Shown piece by piece: positions 59,933 through 64,000 of a stretch of DNA of 64,000 bases. The translations under genes and the position numbers were made by a program. This stretch comes from Ranitomeya imitator (lineage: Eukaryota), in NCBI RefSeq assembly GCF_032444005.1, contig NC_091285.1:11594001-11658000 (forward strand). Reading direction: 5' to 3'. The stretch's first letter is position 1, and each line of letters opens with the position of its first letter. The notes below the pieces were generated by a model. It was not told the origin of the DNA, ran no database searches, and saw only the letters and a list, made by a program, of their open reading frames with translations.

Positions 59933-62622
59933 ATAGGGCCAGAAATATTTGGACAGTGACCGAATCTTCGTGATATCAGCGCCTCTGCAGGCCACTATTT
60001 GCAATTTTTAAAGGAAACAAATGAGATGCAATTGGAGTGGAGACTTTCAGATTTAATTAAAAGGGTTAAACAAAAATATCAGGTGAAATGTTTAGGAATT
60101 GTAGCCATCTTTCTACAAAGCCGCCTCATTTCAGGAGCTCAAAAGAAATTGGCCAAATTAACTTTCCAATAAATAAAATGTTCACTTTAACTAATTTGTA
60201 GAGAATTCGTTGCAGCAATAACAGCCTGAACATTGGAGACCAAGGACGTCAACAATCACCATCACTGGTGTCCTCCTGTTAGAGGCTTTGCAGCAATAAC
60301 AGCCTTAAGTCTGGAGGCCATGGACGTCACCATCGCTGTCTCCTGCGTGAGGCTTTATATCAATGACAGCCTGAAGTCTGGAGGCCATGGACGTCACCAT
60401 CGCTGTCTCCTCCTGTGTGAGGCTTTATATCAATGACAGCCTGAAGGCTGGAGGCCATGGACGTCACCATCACAGGGTTCCCTCCTGTGTGAGGATTTAT
60501 AGCAATGATGGCCTGAAGTCTGGAAGTTGTAGACGTCACCATCGCTGTCTCCTCCTGCGTGAGGCTTTGTAGCAATGATGGCCTGAAGTCTGGAAGTTGT
60601 AGACGTCACCATCACTGGTCTCCTTCTGAGTGAGGCTTTGTAGCAATGAGGGCCTGAAGTCTGGAAGTTGTAGACGCCACCATCGCTGGGTTTCCTCCTG
60701 TGTAAGGCTTTGTAGCAATGATGGCCTGAAGTCTGGAAGTTGTAGACGTCACCATCGCTGGTCTCCTTCTGAGTGAGGCTTTGTAGCAATGAGGGCCTGA
60801 AGTCTGGAAGTTGTAGACGTCACCATCGCTGTCTCCTCCTGCGTAAGGCTTTGTAGCAATGATGGCCTGAAGTCTGGAAGTTGTAGACGTCACCATCACT
60901 GGTCTCCTTCTGAGTGAGGCTTTGTAGCAATGAGGGCCTGAAGTCTGGAAGGTGTAGACGTCACCATCGCTGGTCTCCTTCTGTGTGAGACTTTGTAGCA
61001 ATGACGGCCTGAAGTCTGGAAGCCATGGACATCACCATCGCTGGGTTTCCTCCTGTGTGAGGCTTTGCAGCAATGATGGCCTGAAGTCTGGAAGTTGTAG
61101 ACGTCACCATCGCTGGTCTCCTTCTGTGTGAGACTTTGTAGCAATGACGGCCTGAAGTCTGGAAGCCATGGACGTCACCATCGCTGGGTTTCCTCCTGTG
61201 TGAGGCTTTGCAGCAATGATGGCCTGACGTCTGGAAGCAATGGACATCACCATCGCTGGTCTCCTCCTTTATGAGGCTTTGCAGCAATGACAGCCTGAAG
61301 TCTGGAAGCCATGGAGGTCACCATCGCTGGTCTCCCGTGTGATGTTTTTCAGCCTTGATGGCTTTAAGTCTGGAGGCCATAAACATCACCATCGCTGGTT
61401 TCCTCCTGTGTGATGGTTTGCCACCTTTTCTGCAGTGACTTCAGTTGTTGCTTGTTTGTGGGTCTTTCTGCCTTAAGTTTTGTTTCCAGCATGAGAAATG
61501 CGGCTCGGTGGGGTGAGATCTGGGGATGTCTCGGCCATTGCAAAATAATCCACTTCTTTGCTTTCGAGGGATGTTTTGGGTCATTGGACGACACTTCACA
61601 GGACAGATGGACAATCAACTTTGCTGCATGTGGATGAATCTGAGCAGAAAGTATGGCCCTGTACATACAGGAATTATCCAGCCTCTTCTGTCTTCAGTCA
61701 CAACATCAATAACCAATAGTGACTTGGTGCCATTGGAAGCCAAGCATGCCCGCACTATCACACCGCCTCCACCATGTGTTAGAGGATGTGCTTTGCCAAA
61801 GATTAGGAGCTGCTCCAAGCCTTCTTCATACTTTCTTCTTCCCATCATTCTGGTATAGGTTGATCTTAACTTTGCTTTTCCAGAATTTGGCGGCTTCTTA
61901 GATGTGTTTTTGGCAAAGAATAATCCAGCCTTTCTATTTTTAAGGCTGATTTATGGAAGGTTTAAACCCTCTGTATTTGCTCTCATGACGTCTTCTCTTT
62001 GTGTTAGACTTAGATACTGAAACACCGACTTCCTGGAGCGATTCTTGGGTGGATGTTGTGAAAGTTTTTTTCTTCATCATGGAAAGGATTCTGCGATCAT
62101 CCACCAATGTTCTCTTCCGTGGACGTCCAGGCCTTTCAGAGTCCCCAGGCTCATCAGTGTGCTTTTTCGTTTTGCAAACTGTTGATTTAGCCACTCCTAA
62201 CATTTCTGCTATCTCTCTGCTGTATTTCTTCTTCATTTTCAGCCTAAGGATGGTCTGTTTCTCTTCCATTGAGAGCTTTTTTTTCCCGCATGCTGTGGGT
62301 TCACAGCAACAACTTTCCAATGCAAATGCCACCCCTGGAATGCGCTCCAGACCTTTTACCTGCTTAATCGATGATGGATTAACGAGGGAAAAGCCTACGC
62401 AGTCTATTAAAGAGCTGCTGAGATAATGGTCTAATTACCTTTGGTCTCTTAAAAAAAATAGGGAGCTCCATATTTAATTCCTAAACCCTTCCTCCAATGA
62501 GATTGTGAATACCCTCAAATTAAAGCTGAGAGTCATCACTTCCAGCCCAGATTGATTATTAAATGTGTTTGAGTAAATGACCAAAACTTGTGTCACTGTC
62601 CAAATGTTCCTGGACCGAATGC
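59933..62622 (-). mobile_element. Tc1/mariner transposon, decayed transposase
   Basis: TIRs GGGCCAGAAATATTTGGACAGTGAC and GTCACTGTCCAAATGTTCCTGGACC. Minus-strand fragments LSMEEKQTILRLK..REIAEMLGVAKSTV, RPGRPRK, HGGGGVIVRACLASNG, NDPKH, ILQWP, LKTKLKAERPTNKQQL-like. Confidence 0.92.
60210..61430 (-). repeat. ~71-bp tandem array derived from the Tc1 transposase C-terminus, ~17 copies
   Basis: Minus-strand units translate as variants of QSLTQEET..VMSMASRLQAVIA. Confidence 0.88.
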
Positions 62623-62914
62623 TAGAGGAGGTGACAAGAACCCTCAGAAGTCTGAGCCTCTATTGTTGATTGTCATGAGAAGGAGGTTATAATTACCAGT
62701 AAATTAATCTGATATAACGTCAACAACCTGTGATATGCGACCAACCTAAACACGCTGGGAGCCAAGGCTTTGTGTCATGTTTGTTTATTTTTACTTTTTA
62801 CCCATTGGTTGTCTGCTTAATTGTTGTTTTTTTAGTGTTTCCCATCTACTAATAATGATGGGAATGTTTTCCAGATATGAAGAGTATTAACCCCTTAAGG
62901 ATCTAATAGTTCAT

Positions 62915-63640
62915 AGAATAATGCACACAGTGAAGTCACGGTACAGGGATAATACACAGTGATGTGACAGTACAGGGATAATGCACACAGTGATGTCACA
63001 GTACAGGGATAATACACACAGTGATGTCACAGTACAGGGAAAATACACAGCGAGGTCCCAGTAAAGGCATAATACACACAGCGATTTCACACTGCGGGGA
63101 CAATGCACACAGTGATGTCACAGTGCAGGGTAATGCGCACAGTGATGTAACAGTACAGTGATAATACACACAGTGATGTCACAGTACAGGGATAATGCAC
63201 ACAGTGATGTCACAGTACAGGGACAATACACACAGTGATGTCACAGTACAGGGATAATGCACACAGTGATGTCACAGTACAGGGATAATACACACAGTGA
63301 TGTCACACTACAGGGATAATGCACACAGTGAAGTCACAGTACAGGGATAAAGCACACAGTGATGTCACAGTACAAGAATAATGCACACAGTGATGTCACA
63401 GTACAGAGATAATGCGCACAGTGATGTCACAGTGCAGGCATAATACACACAGTGAAGTCACAGTAGAAGGATAATGCACACAGTGATGTCACAGTACAAG
63501 AATAATACACAGTGAGGTCCCAGTAAAGGCATAATACACACAGTGATGTCACAGTGCAGTGATAATGCCCACAGTGATGTCACAGTACAGGGATAATGCA
63601 AACAGTGATGTCACAGAACAGATAATGCACACAGTGATGT
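62915..63640. repeat. 31-bp minisatellite
   Basis: Unit GCACACAGTGATGTCACAGTACAGGGATAAT. Confidence 0.95.
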
Positions 63641-64000
63641 CTGTTATGGCTGGCAATCAGGCAACACAGCGTGCAGTAATCAGCGCACATACAGAGATCT
63701 GGCAATAACCAAAAACAATAGGACGAGCTCTGAGACGTGGAATCTCTGTAGACTGCAGTACCTGATCTATCCTCACACAACTATAAGCAGCAGTGGATTG
63801 CGCCTATCAACTACCTATGCAACTCGGCACTGCCTGAGGAGCTGACTAGCCTGAAGATAGAAATACAAGCCTGACTTACCTCAGAGAAATACCCCAAAGG
63901 AATAGGCAGCCCCCCACATATAATGACTGTTAGCAAGATGAAAAGACAAACGTAGGAATGAAATAGATTCAGCAAAGTGAGGCCCGATATTCTAGACAGA
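63641..64000. mobile_element. Probable LTR (Ty3/Gypsy-type) running off the window
   Basis: Abrupt TG start (TGTTATGGCTGGCAATC) directly after the minisatellite; resembles anuran LTR sequence from recollection only. No internal domain in the window. Confidence 0.5.

Overview
Eukaryotic genomic DNA, inferred to be frog (anuran) from its repeat families. It is repeat-rich and has one assembly gap (N 56952-57195). Three spliced genes: (1) the 3' part of CAPRIN2 on + (coding exons 18-6978, C-terminal C1q domain, two GC-AG introns); (2) a TIM/HAVCR-family (IgV-stalk-TM-tail) receptor gene on - (21508->7476), reconstructed here as six frame-compatible exons, whose last coding exon lies antisense inside the CAPRIN2 3' UTR and whose leader and IgV exons sit between two ~3 kb inverted arrays of one 35-bp minisatellite; (3) a complete ARFGAP3 on + (27804-41683). 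The rest is minisatellites and mobile elements: a Chapaev3 transposon with nested hAT, Harbinger and L2 insertions, a V-SINE, CR1/L2 tails, a Helitron-like end, a near full-length DIRS retrotransposon with an apparent intron in gag, hAT/T2/piggyBac MITEs, a Tc1 whose transposase C-terminus has amplified into a satellite, and an LTR at the right edge. All exon models come from manual reading and recalled homolog sequences, not from alignments or RNA data.
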